A stretch of 64,000 bases of DNA, from contig JAXLNO010000073.1 in the NCBI GenBank assembly GCA_038087875.1, positions 1 to 64,000 of the forward strand. Reading direction: 5' to 3'. The notes under the pieces were generated by a model. It made no database searches. It had not been told where the DNA came from and was given only the letters and a program-made list of their open reading frames with translations. A program made the translations under genes and the position numbers. This stretch comes from Malacoraja senta (lineage: Eukaryota). Shown here in pieces: positions 52,429-64,000 of the stretch (the stretch's first letter is position 1; each line of letters opens with the position of its first letter).

Positions 52429-53424
52429 ATGAAATAGACTCAGCGGGTTCTAAGGTGACTTTCCTCCTGTATGCGCGCAATCTCATTCTAACAATGGTCA
52501 ACGATTGTACATTTCCCAACAGTTAACATTGTAGCCATAGTGGTCCTGTGGCAGGAGAGGTGCGGTCTATCCAGATGTATCACTCTCTACCTGGTTGCCA
52601 TGGCTGCGACGGATCTGACAGTGGTCATCATCGGTGTAATTCTACAACGCATCGTCTGAATTTACTTTCCCGACAGTTACATGTCGCTCACCTGGGTCTG
52701 CCGCATCAATAATTCTCTCCTTTATGTCTGCACCGACGCCTCTGTCTGGCTCACCGTCGCCTTCACCTTCGATCGCTACGTGGCCATTTGTTGTCGCAAC
52801 TGTAAGCGCAAGTACTGTACCAAAGAAACGGCAGTGCCCGTCGTCGCCACGGTTGTAGCTTTGAGCTGTTTACAGAATTTCGGCTGGTTTTTCATTTACG
52901 AACCCCTTTACATCGAGGACAACCTCACCCAGTATTGTCGGATAATTCCAAGCTTTTATACCTCGCCGTGGTGGCGAACTTACTCATACATTTTAATCGC
53001 GTCAACACACCCCTGCTACCGTTCGCGGTTATATTGTTCCTGAATTTCCTGACAGCAAAACGCATCATCGTCGCCGGCAGAATCTGCAAATCATTGCGGG
53101 ATGACGCGCTCCCCGGCAAAGGTCCTGACACCGAGATGGAGAACCGCAGGAAGTCGATCATTCTACTATTCAGCATTTCCGGCAACTTCATCTTGCTCTG
53201 GCTGACGAACATAGTGCATTATTTGTACTTTCGGAGCACTAGAACTTATACTTACTCCGGATACAATGATCCGGTGTTTATTCTTGAAGAAGCGGGAAAT
53301 ATGCTTATCGTGCTTAGTTGTTGCACCCACACATTTATTTATACAGTGACCCAGAGTAATCAGAGATCAGCTGAAGACAATGTTAATGTTCCCGTTCCGT
53401 CAGGTTGCTAAGTGTGTTTAATTC

Positions 53425-53660
53425 AGTTGGGTTTAGTTGGTTTGGGTGGAGTTGGGTTGGGTTGGGTTGGGTTGGGTTGGGTTGGGTTGGGTTGGGTTGA
53501 GTCGAGTTGAGTTGGGTTGGTTTGGGTTGAGTTGGGTTGTGTTGACTTAAGTTGAGTTGAATTCGGTTGAGTTGAGATCGGTCTAGTATAGTTTCGTTTA
53601 GTTTAGTTCAGAACAGTTTAGTTTAGTTTAGTTCAATACAGAGCAGTTTAATTTAGTTTT
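53425..53660. repeat. Compound pentanucleotide microsatellite (GGGTT)n > (GAGTT)n > (TTTAG)n
   Basis: Direct inspection. Confidence 0.9.
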
Positions 53661-55252
53661 TTTGGGGAAGGGCGTCCCCTCTTCCCCGGCTCCTGGAGAG
53701 GAAGGGACCTTTCGCTCCCCTTCGCCCTCCGCGCGGACAGCGCCGCCCAGCGTTTCCTCCCCACCACCACCGCCGCACATCTCCTGCACTGCCGAAGCCG
53801 CTATTAGGATAAGAGATTTAAGCACATACTCACAAGTCAAAGGAGCAGAATTAAGCCATTCAGCCCACCGACTACTCCACCATTCAATATTGGCTGACCT
53901 ATCTTTCCATCTCAACGCTATTCTCCTACTTTCTCTTCCCTCGTTAATAAAAGTTAAACAAACGTAAACTAAATTTACAAGACATTCGGACAGATAAATG
54001 GATAGGAAAGGCTTCATAAATTCATGTAAAAGAAGCTGAATTATGCCGTTCGGTCCATCGAATCTACTTCGCTCAACCGGATTCTCCTGCATTCGCTCCG
54101 TTAACTATGACACCCTCTCAAATCCGGAATCTGTCGATCTTCGTTTTAAATTACCAGGGAGAGATCTGAGTGAAACAGGGGAAATTGATTAGCAAAGATT
54201 GATCGTTATTGGTGCATCACTATTTGAGCAACCACAATGTACGTCCGACACTCACACCCAGTGGCCCGCCCCTGTAATTACAGGAGGTCCTAATGTGTGG
54301 GGGAAACTACCACCCAGTGGTCCGCCTCTGCAATTACAAACACCAGGACAAGTACACGGAGAGGAAAGGATAGGAGGGAGATGGAACAACTACGTCGAAT
54401 GGAACCTTCATGGACTGTACCTCCGGCAGCTCGTCCCACCACCGTCTGAATAAACGTGTTGCGCCTCGGGTTCTTATGTTTGAATACATCGTATTGTTTA
54501 TTAACCCCTGTGTAGGTCCTGCCTATGTCTCTGGTTAACAAAGATTGCAGATTGGGTTGCAGATATTCTCCTGAGCTAACTGGTGTCAGGGTTACATGTA
54601 CATGAAATGCAGAAGCAGGGCATTCTGCCCAATGTGTCAATGCCATCCATCATGTAGCAATCTGCACCTCCATTTTTCCATCACTCGGATTTAATTGTCA
54701 TTGCGTTTCATGTCGTCATATAGATATTGTTTTTCAAAGCGTTGTGTGTGCCGAGATCCATTAGCAAATCGGGCAATGCGTTGTATACCTGAAGCTCAGA
54801 GTGGGTGGCGTATTCGTTACTTAAATGCCCACATAACCGTCACCTGAAACTCCGATTATTGACACCTGTGCTAAGGCGATATGTTTCTCAAGTGTCCAGT
54901 CTCACAACAGTACTCGTCGTTTTGTGAACCTCAAACATAGCCCACACTCATTTCCCTCCAGTTTAAAGAGCACGAGCACTATCCCCGCAGACAGCAGAAA
55001 CCATCTTTTGCAGCACCCTGGTACAACTCCCTGCAAGCTCTCATGTTTGCGGAGACGCCGATTCCACCTGATGTTTCAAATATGTCAGCGAGTCATAGAG
55101 TCATAGAGTGATACAGCGTGGAAATAGGCCGTTTGGCCAATCTTTTCCTTAACGGCCATCAATTTCCAGCACCACTCGTCACATCTGCTCGCGTTTGGAC
55201 CGCATCTCCCCAAACCTGTCCTCTCCATGTACATGCCTAACTGTTTCTTACA

Positions 55253-55830
55253 CGATAATAATAATAATCACAATAATTCTTTATTATCCAAATATGTTTT
55301 GCAACATACGAGGAATAAGGGCTGCGTTTGGGCCCTCCGCGTCGGGGCGATCAAGCTCCTGCATCAGGGGGAATCTCAGCTCCTCTGCGCTGGGCGATCT
55401 GACCCCAGGTCGGGATGGGTCAAAACCTTCTGCGTCGTTTGGAGCTTCCCGACATCGGTCTCTACCCGAAACTGCGAGCTCCTCGATGGTGAAATCTGCA
55501 GGCCGCGGTTGGAGCGTCGATCCCAGGCAAGGATCTGCTCCGATGGTGAGCCACGTCGTCGCGGTGGGGCTCAAATTTAGTAACGAGCAAGGCCGCCAAC
55601 TCCATGATGTTATACCGCGGAGCGACCGGAGGTCTATCCGGAAAAATATCGCATCTCTGGCAAGGTAAGAGATTGAAAAGGGTTTCCCCCGACCATCTCA
55701 CCCACACCCCACATAAAACAAACCAAAGAACATTGAATCATATCTTAAAAACACACTGCAAATAAAAAACAGACGAAAAAACAGACAGACTGTTGACGAG
55801 GCAGCCATCGTGCGGCGCCCCCTGGTGTTA
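55253..55830 (-). mobile_element. SINE-like GC-rich insertion with (ATT)n tail, nested in an old CR1 3' end
   Basis: (ATA)n...TTTATT start; CR1 sequence TGTTTCTTA|...|AATGTTG is split around it. Confidence 0.5.
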
Positions 55831-55979
55831 AATGTTGTTACACGTTAGTATAGTCCCTGACTCAACTACCCATGCGGCTGATTGTTTCGTATGCCCACTG
55901 CCCTTTCTGTGAAAAGGTTACGCAACAGATTCCTATTAAATCCCCCCCCCCCCATCTTAATGAAGGTATGATGTGATGG

Positions 55980-57800
55980 GAATTACCGAGTCGTGGCTCC
56001 ATGAGGAACAGATCTGAGAGCTGAATATTCAAAGTTATACTTTCTGCCGGAAAGACAGACAGGTGGGCAGAGGGGGGGGGGTAGCTCTGCTGGGAACGAT
56101 GGAATTTCGGTCTTTAGCGAGGGGTTGACAATATGCAGGTAAACTGGGAATATCGGGTTTGTACTGAACCCCAAGAAAGTGAATTTATAGAGTGCCTCCG
56201 CGATGGATTCTTAGAGCAGCTTGTAGTGGAGTCTACCAGGGAAAATGCAGTTTTGGATTTAGTGTTGTGTAATGAACTGGATTTCATTAGGGAACTTAGG
56301 GTAAAGGAACCAGTTGGAGGTAGCGACCACAGTATGATAAGATTTAACCTGCGATTTGACAGCCAGAAGATGAAATCGGGTGTGTCGGTATTATAGCTGA
56401 GCAAAGCAGACTAGAGAGGCACGAGGGGTGAGCTGGCCAAAGTGAACTGGAATGAATGATGGTGGAACAGCAATGGCAGGAAGATGCAGAATCTTTTCAT
56501 TCAAACGAGGAAGATTCTAGGTGGAGAAAGAGGCGACCGTGGCTTACAAGGGAAGTCAAGGACAGAATACAAATAAAAGAGAAGGCCAATAACATAGCAA
56601 GGATTCATGGGAAGCCAGAAGATAGGGAAGCTTTTAAATAACGACTGAAGGTAACTCAAAAAGGCAATATGTGGAGAAAATATTAAATACGAAGGGAATA
56701 GCCAATAATATAAAAGAAGAGAGCAAGAGTTTGTTCAGCTATACGAAGAGCAAGAAAGAGGCAAGAGTGGACGTTGGACCGCTGGAGAATGATGCAGGAG
56801 AAGTGATAATAGAGAATAAAGAAATGGCAGAGGAGTTGAATAACTTTTGTGCATCGGTCTTAAGAGTGTAAGAAACCAGCAACATGCCTGAAATTTAAGA
56901 GAGTCAGGGGGTAGAAGTTACTGTATTGGCTATTACCAGGGAGAAGGTGCGTGGGAAGCTGAATGGGCTGAAGGTGGATAAGTCACTTGGACCGGATGGA
57001 CTGCACCCCAGGGTTCTGAAGGAGGTGGGTTTACAGATTGTGGAGGCATTGATAGTGATATTTCACGAATCACTGGAGTTAGGATTGGTGCCAGACGATT
57101 GTAAAATTGCTAATATTACCCCGCTGCACAAGGAGGGAGCAAAGGAGAATAGTGGGAACTATAGGCCGGTTAGTCTGACTAAGGTGGCTGGTATGATGTT
57201 ATGAGTCCATTATAAAAGATGAGGTCACGGAGTACTGAGAGACACACGATAAAAATAGGCTGAAGCCAACATGGCTTTGTGAAGGGGAGGACTTGCTTGA
57301 CAAATTTGCTGGAATTCTTCGAAGAAGTAAATAGTAGGACCGACAATAACAGATAATAATAAGAAGAAATAGTAGGACCGAGTAGATAGCTGTTGCTTGC
57401 TATTTTCAGAAAGGCTTTGATTAGGTGCCACACGTGAGGCTACTAATGAAGATGAGAATCCACGGTATTAAAGGATAGATACTAGCATGGATAACAGGCT
57501 TGCTACGTGGCAGAAGGCAAAGAATGGCAATAAAGAGGGATTTTCCTGTTGGCTGCCAGTGACGGCAAGAGTTCTGCAGATGTCGGCGCTGCGGCCGCTA
57601 CCCTTCGTGTTATATATTAATGATTTTTGACGAGGGGGTTGAAGACTTTGGAGCCATGTTTGCGGATACCACGAAAATAGGTGGAGGAGCAGGCATGTTC
57701 GAGAAAGCAGGGACCCTGAACAAGGATTTGGCAAGGGTGGGTGAGTGGGCATACAAGTGGCAGATGGAATATAGTGTAGTAGAGTGTAGCATAATGCGGT
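55980..57800 (+). mobile_element. Degraded CR1 ORF2
   Basis: ECLRDGFLEQ, GGSDH, GPDGLHPRVLKE, NYRPVSLT, FADTTK. Confidence 0.85.
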
Positions 57801-58658
57801 GGTATGGCCTTTGGAATATTACTAGCGAAGTGGGACCCGTTGGGTCCCTGTCACACTTGAGGACTGGTCCCCAACGCAACCCGTTCCCCAATGCAATGTT
57901 CCACCACTCACCCGTTCCCCTATTGCAACCTGTTCACCAAACGCAGCATAGCCCCCAACTGCGCAGGCGCGGCTCATTTCCCCTCATCCCCCAGCACTCC
58001 CGCCCCCGCCTCATCATACTCCCTCTTCGTTCCCCTATCCTCCTCCCCTCCTCTCCTCTCCCAACCCCTCCCTCACGTCTCCCTCCCTCTCCTTTCCCCT
58101 ACCCTCAGTCACTCCCTCCCTCCCTCCATAACTCCTCTCCCCTCCCTACCCCCTTCCTATCCCTCCTACCCTCACTCCTCACCTCCCACTTTCTCCCAAC
58201 TATCCCTCCTGACGTCCCACATTACTCTCCTGTCCCTCTATTCCCTATTCCCGATTCCCTACTTCCCCCACCCCCTCCTTTCCCTGCATTTACCTCCTCC
58301 ACTACTATCCACACCGCCCCCACATCCCCCCTCTCCCTCCCTACCCCTTCCACTCTCAATTCCCCCACCCTCCCTCCTCACCTCCCCAGGATCGGTCCCG
58401 TCTCCTCTTCCCTCCCCCAATCCCTCCCTCACCTCTCCCTCCATCTACTTTCCCCTACCCTCTGTCATTCTCTCCGTCCCTCCCTCCCTCCCTCCCTCCC
58501 TCCCTCCCTCCCTCCCTATCTCCCTACCTCCCTCCCACCCTCCCGCCCTCCCTCCCTCACTATATCCACATAAAGCAGCATCTGCAGTTCCTTCCTCCAC
58601 AGGTCATTCATTGTCAGTTGTGGTTTAGATCCCGTTGACATGACGATTGGAACAGTTT

Positions 58659-58830
58659 GCATCGTGTGTGAGAGAGAATAAGCTGGAACTCCGCGCAAAC
58701 TGCTTGGCCAGCCGGCAACCCGACTCTCCCTCCCTCCCTCCCTCCCTGCATCGTGTGTGAGAGAGAGTAAACTGAAACTCTGCGCAAACTGCTTGGTCAC
58801 CCGGCAACCCGACTCTCCCTCCCTCCCTCT
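58659..58830. repeat. Two ~89-bp tandem units
   Basis: GCATCGTGTGTGAGAGAGA...GCGCAAACTGCTTGG...CCGGCAACCCGACTCTCCCTCC at 58659 and 58748. Confidence 0.85.
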
Positions 58831-59016
58831 GCCGACTCCAGCTCAGCCGCCGATCAGCCGGTCCTTGTCCTGTCAGACTACCCGCGCCTGACGCTAGACA
58901 CGTCCCCGCCCTGCACGCTCGCCCGCTGCTGCCGATCGGCCCGTCCCCGCCCTGCCCACCCGCCTACCTGCCTGCCTGCTCGCTGCCGCCGCCGTGCCGC
59001 GGGGTAGGGTGAAGGG

Positions 59017-59097
59017 ATGGAGTCGGTGTTCGTCACGGTTTGCATCATGACTTTCGATGAGCTGGTGGAGAAGATCTCCACCGAAAAGGCTGTGAGG
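59017..59097 (+). pseudogene. ALG13: Orphan ALG13-like first coding exon (27 codons) with splice donor, inside the Helitron
   Basis: MESVFVTVCIMTFDELVEKISTEKAVR then AGG|GTGAGT; aligns without gaps to the recalled human ALG13 N-terminus MKCVFVTVGTTSFDDLIACVSAPDSLQ; no downstream exon seen. Confidence 0.7.
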
Positions 59098-59442
59098 GTG
59101 AGTTACTGCAACGGCGGCGGCGAAGGAGACGGTCCCGGGGGAACGAGTAGACGGGACCGCCATTGCCGCAGAGGGTGGGCGGGGAGAGAGGTGAGTGATG
59201 AGGGAGAGTGAGACGGGACCAGGGCCTCCACTGGGCCTCCACTGGGTCTCCACTAGGACCCGTTGCACCGGAGGCCTGGTCACGCAACGCAACCCATTCC
59301 CCAACGCAATATTCCACCACTCACACATAGTCCATAACTGCGCAGATGCGGCTCATTTCCCCTCATCCCCCTGCACTCCCTCCCATTCCTCTTCATGTGT
59401 CGGAGGAGAGGATGGGAGCGGGTGGGTAAGGGGGATAGGATA

Positions 59443-60165
59443 GGATAGGGTAGGATAGGATGCCTTTTATTGTCATTCAAACAGTTTCCATTGACCGGAA
59501 TTGCATTTCTACAGTCTTAATAGAAACTTGCAAAATTCTTAAGGGGCTGGGCAGGCTAGATGCAGGAAGATTGTTCCCGATGTTGGGGAAGTCCAGGACA
59601 AGGGGTCACATTTTAAGGATTAAGGGGTAATCCTTTAGGACCGAGATGAGAAATACATTTTTCACACAGAGAGTGGTGAATCTCTGGAACCTTCTGCCAC
59701 AGAAGGTAGTTGAGGCCAGTTCATTGGCTATATTTAAGAGGGAGTTAGATGTGGCCCTTGCGGCTAAAGGGATCAGGGGGTATGGAGAGAAGGCAGGTAC
59801 AGGATACTGACTTGGATGATCAGCCATGATCATATTGAATGGCGGTGCAGGCTCGAAGGGCCGAATGGCCTACTCCTGCACCTATTTTCTATGTTTCTAT
59901 GTTTCTATGTTAACATTACAAAAAAAACAAAGACCAACACTTAACACAATTTACACAAACATCCATCACAGTGACTATCCAACATCTCCTCACTGTGATG
60001 GAAGGCAAAAGTCTTATAGCTTCCCTTTGTTCTTCACCCGCGATCCAGCAGTCCAACTGCAGCGTCGAGGCGACTGGGGCTCCCGATGTTAAAGCCCCCG
60101 GCGGGCGATGGTATGTCCTGTGGCCGTTAAAGCTGCACCGGGCGATGTTAGGCCCCGCTAGCCAA
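59443..60165 (-). mobile_element. GC-rich SINE-like family member with (TATCC)n tail, interrupted by CR1
   Basis: TGCCTTTTATTGTCATTCAAACAG at 59461; family core resumes at ~59909. Confidence 0.75.
59518..59908 (+). mobile_element. CR1 3' fragment
   Basis: FFTQRVVNLWNLLP..FKRELD; (TTTCTATG)n tail. Confidence 0.88.
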
Positions 60166-61004
60166 TGTGGTGTCTATGTCGGCGGGAGGGGTGTGGAGAG
60201 AGGAGGGATGTGAGAGGGGGAGGGGATTTGCGGGGGATGGGGTGTCCGTGGGCGAGCTGTGGGGGAGGGAGGATGTAGGAGGGGGAGAGGGGGGTATGGG
60301 GGAGGGGTGTGTGTGGGCGAGAGGTGTTGAGGGGAGGGGGTGTTGGGTGAGCGGTGTGTGTGTGGGAGGGGTATGTTTGGGGGGATGGTGGAGGGCAGCG
60401 AGCGTTGTGGAGCCGGAGAGGGGGGGAGGGAGGGGGCAGCGAGCGTGCTGGAGCTGGGAGACTGCCCCCCCAATTCCTGCAACGGATCCAACCCCAGCCC
60501 ATGGGGCAGAAATTCAAACATAAACAAACTTACCCCGCGGAGCCCTTGGGTTACCGTCGTAACTGGAAAAAAAGAAGGTGGTTTGAAACTCCTGCAAGGA
60601 TCCAACTGCGTGAAGTGTCCTTTGTGACGCCTGTTAAGTAACGACGGCAAATGGGGCAGGGGCAAGTGGAGCTGGGTGTATTGGCCATTTAGCTTGGTTT
60701 GTGGGTCATTAATGATGGCATGTGTCTTTAAATTTTAGACTGCCCGTTATAGTGTGGGTGGGATTTATGACGTATTTTTGGGCGTGTTTGGGGCTATGTA
60801 TCTTGCGCAGAAGCTTAGTTTTTAGTTTAGTTTCGGACCAGCATGGAAAAGGTGATCATACGAAGTGTAACGGAGACACGTGGAGTTTTCTAACGTTTAA
60901 AGCGATAAGCTGGAGTTCGATGAAGATTATAGTAAAGAGTCGGAAGAATTTGAATGTACCTTATTGTTTCTCATCAACTATAAAGAATTTATTCATCAAA
61001 AGTG

Positions 61005-61200
61005 CTGTCTCCTCTCCTTCCTCAGCCCTCTGGTTGTCCCCTCCCATCCCTCAGCCCCCGGGCTCCTCCTCCGCCTTTTTCCTTTCGGCCCGAAACGTTG
61101 CCTATTTCCTTCGCTCCATAGATGCTGCTGCACCCGCTGAGTTTCTCCAGCATTTTTGTGTACCTTCAATTTTCCAGCATCCGCAGTTCCTTCTTAAATA
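61005..61200 (+). mobile_element. Penelope-type pLTR fragment
   Basis: CGGCCCGAAACGTTGCC...GATGCTGC...GCTGAGTTTCTCCAGCA...GCAGTTCC, homologous to 19940-20066. Confidence 0.6.
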
Positions 61201-61349
61201 CAAATCCTTGGGCCTTTCTTCAATCTTACTCGTCAAAACAGGGGTCCCTTTAGGTCCTGCTAATTTAACCCTTTGAGGTTTTTTTCCCACGTTGCATTAT
61301 ATTCATTAAGGCCTTGTTTGCTTTCATCCTTCGATTAGTTTATATGTAC

Positions 61350-61646
61350 ATCGTGGAAACAGGCCCTTCGGCCCAGCGAGTCCACAGCGACCAACGATCC
61401 CCGCACACCAATACTACCCTACACACACTAGGGACAATATTTGCATTTATACCAAGCCAATTAGCCTACTAAAATATCCGTCCTCGGAATGTGGGGAAAA
61501 AACGAAGATCTCGGAGAAAACCACATGGTCACGGGGCAACGTGAAAACTCCGTACAGAGAGCATGCGTAGTCGTGATCGATTCCGGCTCTGTGATCTGTA
61601 AGCGCTGGAAGGCTGATACTCTACCGCTGCGCCACCGTGCCGCCCA
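61350..61646 (-). mobile_element. tRNA-derived SINE (HE1/V-SINE-like)
   Basis: Minus 5' end GGGCGGCACGGTGGCGCAGCGGTAGAG (A box); central GGAGTTTTCACGTTGCCCCGTGACC; CR1-like tail GGGCCGAAGGGCCTGTTTCC. Confidence 0.75.
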
Positions 61647-62017
61647 TCTTCTTAAACTTTTCATGCGCGGCCCTTTAGGCATTGACCCTACAGACAATCT
61701 CTTTGGTCCTCAAAGGCCATTTGTCATCCTTATCCCGCCTCCTTACAGGGACATGTCGGTCATGAACTTTCATCAAGTGGCCTTTAATCAGCTCTTGCCA
61801 GACATGTCAGACGTGGAGATGCAAGAAAAAATCTTCTCCCATTGCACCTAACTTCTGCCGATTAAAGTAGGAATTTACCCTCCGTGGATTTGGTACCTTC
61901 CCACAGTGTCCGGCCTTCTCCCCGTTCACTTCACGAAAATGTGTGCATTTAAAATTGTCCAGCCCGGAAAGTAACGGTAATGTTGGAACATTGGTTTGTT
62001 TATCGGCCTTCAGGTTA

Positions 62018-64000
62018 ATAGTAATATTAAACGTGAACTTACCTAAGTTTGAAGTTTGATCTTTATTTTATGAGGAGTTACGTTGGTGATTACGTGAAGA
62101 ACCCCGCAAGTGCGCCTGCGCGTCAATCTTCGAAGCAGCGGTGTGAAATCACAAAAAACAACAAGCGAAGTAATATAGTATCATAATAAAATGAGTAATA
62201 CAAGAACTTCCATCTGACCTTTATGATAGAGGGTTGGGTCGTGGTGGGCACGTAATCACCAACGTAACTCCTCATAAAATAAAGATCAAACTTCAAACTT
62301 AGGTAAGTTCTCGTTTAATCTTACTATTTTACGTCGGAGTCACGTGAGTGACTACGTGGAGATTTTAAAGCTTTGTGATTTCATGCCGCAGACAAATCCA
62401 GGCTTCTCACTGCATTGATTGACTCGGAACGAGAATATTCAATATTGCATTAATAATAACATTTGTACCACAAATGCAGTAATTCATTTATTTGAATAAA
62501 TAATTAATAGTATCCCCTTTAACCCAGGGGAAATTAAGCAGAACTTAATATAGTATCTGCAAACAGCCCCGTATTGGCAATAGCCCGATGGTAAAAGTGT
62601 TGAAACACCAACTTATTAGATCACCCGGCGGCTGTGAGAATATGATCGACGGGACTTCCTTCGCCCTGGTCGTCAATGTTGCTGCTAAACTGAATGGAAT
62701 GTAAAACCATCAATGTTCACACGTGCAGCAACTAAAACTTGTTTTTAACCATCTTAAAATAGTCTAAACTGACACTAGCTTGTGTGGTTTTTCGTGAATG
62801 ATAAACAATCTTGTTTTCATAATTCATAAGATCTTTGTAGCCTCAATTGTTTGCAATAAATATGTCTTAACATATAGACATGGATCCATAGAATATGTTA
62901 ATAAAACAATCTTGAATCTAGTCACACCTGATCCTACTTCATTTGAGTAGTTCATAAAATTTAAAACATAACATAATCCTGAGGTACTTCTGTGTATCTG
63001 TAACTTTGTAATGTTACAAGTGCCATAAACATGACTACCTTCATGCTGAACTTGGCCAAATCAGAATCGTACCAAGACTCCTTTGATGAAGTAGCTTAAA
63101 ACAATTCTATATTCCAGATTCCCTCCCAGGTTTAGAAGGTCTGGAATTAAAATTCCTTTCATTAGTCTGGAAATAAAAGAACGAGACTCAACAGGATGTC
63201 TTTCCAACCTCACCAAATAAAAACGAGGAATAATATACTTCTGTGTGAATAAATCGCACTATACCTCAACCCATTAAATAGAGGTCAATCCAAGATATTT
63301 GCGAAATGTGCCGTACAACATTCCATATTCTTTTTTTCCCCTCATTCTTTACATAATGGGAAAGCAGTATTTACAGAGTCACAACTCAGATTCACAAATG
63401 TACTGCTTTTGAGTACTCTTCCGCCAGACTGCTGTAAGCATGTCCACATCATGCCCAGACAATCCCCTTTTTAAAAACCTGCATCCATACAGGCATATGA
63501 CGGATGTTACTCTCCAATTATCGAATACACCAGTAACTTCCTTCTTTTGGGAACATTTATCAGAAACTGTCATAAATTCCAATATCAAAGGGAACCATGG
63601 CTACGTAGACCCGTCTGGTACCACGAATACCCCAGAGGCAGCATACTGCTTCGTTTTAAGCAGACACCGATTTATGAAACAGGATGAAGTAAAATGCATA
63701 TAACAACATACCATCCTAATATAGCGAGAAACATCCATCGCTACTGTCTCCCGATGTAGTCCCATAACACATATCTCTGTAACTGGTGATTGAGTCTGGA
63801 TGGAAACAAGTTATATCTGGCTTCCCAAATCTGACTATTATATCATTAAAAAAATCTTAAGGTTAAACATCCATTCTTTGTTATCATAGAAATTCCACCC
63901 ATACAATTAATCAATGCCATTGCTGTAGTGTTGTTAATTTGAAACTGAACATGCAGATTAGTTGTATTTAACAACAAGCTTGTAGCTCATAAGCCTTCCA
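62018..64000 (-). mobile_element. DIRS1-like tyrosine-recombinase retrotransposon, 3' part, degraded, runs off window
   Basis: ~80-bp inverted repeat 62018-62097 vs ~62249-62328 (ITR/ICR); YR C-terminus PVDHILTAAG*S...FQHFYHRAI at ~62580-62660; GKPDI.LF.SRLNHQLQRY at ~63770-63830. Confidence 0.8.

Larger units (their letters stand above)
50045..53421 (+). pseudogene. GPR139/GPR142-like GPCR pseudogene, exons 50045-50114 and 52523-53421
   Basis: Exon 1 MHEPPSGAMYAIYYHVLAAIGVP then G|GTAACC; acceptor TTTCCCAACAG|TTAAC; YLVAMAATDL, SVWLTVAFTFDRYVAIC, EMENRRKS; in-frame TGA at 52657-52659, frameshifts at ~52985 and ~53358. Confidence 0.88.
57822..59440 (-). mobile_element. Non-autonomous Helitron with cargo; 3' end at 57822, may extend to ~60940
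   Basis: Minus strand ends GGGACCC-AAC-GGGTCCC-ACTTCG-CTAG|T (perfect 7-bp hairpin at 57832-57848); subterminal block repeated at ~59275-59385. Confidence 0.75.

Noticed and set aside
53445..53500. Interstitial telomere
   Set aside because: The unit is the pentamer GGGTT, not TTAGGG
57620..58628. Pro/Ser/Leu-rich ORFs of 317 and 245 aa
   Set aside because: Low-complexity C/T tract lacks stop codons by composition
61615..61646. tRNA gene
   Set aside because: The A-box head continues into a SINE body and LINE-like tail; no cloverleaf

Overview
Eukaryotic, repeat-dominated genomic DNA, most likely from a cartilaginous fish. This is inferred from CR1 LINEs with (TTTCTATG)n tails, HE1/V-SINE-like SINEs and two-exon GPR139-like receptors. 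Host genes are one intact two-exon GPR139/GPR142-like GPCR (minus strand, 18747-21113, 344 aa) and a pseudogenised paralogue with the same phase-1 intron (plus strand, 50045-53421). The rest is nested mobile DNA: CR1, Rex1/Babar and L1/Tx1 LINEs, Gypsy relics, a DIRS1 3' end, Penelope-type pLTRs with minimal hammerhead cores, a Harbinger-like MITE, SINEs and non-autonomous Helitrons. There is also a three-copy segmental duplication and a ~2.1 kb inverted duplication. Top observations: (1) a Helitron-type element carrying what looks like a captured ALG13 exon 1 with an intact splice donor; (2) the GPR139-like birth-and-death pair; (3) a GC-rich SINE-like family with Rex1-type 3' ends and a different, target-like microsatellite tail in each copy; (4) a template-switch inverted duplication whose history can be reconstructed. 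All family assignments come from motif recognition by eye; no searches were run, and boundaries are approximate unless a junction is quoted.
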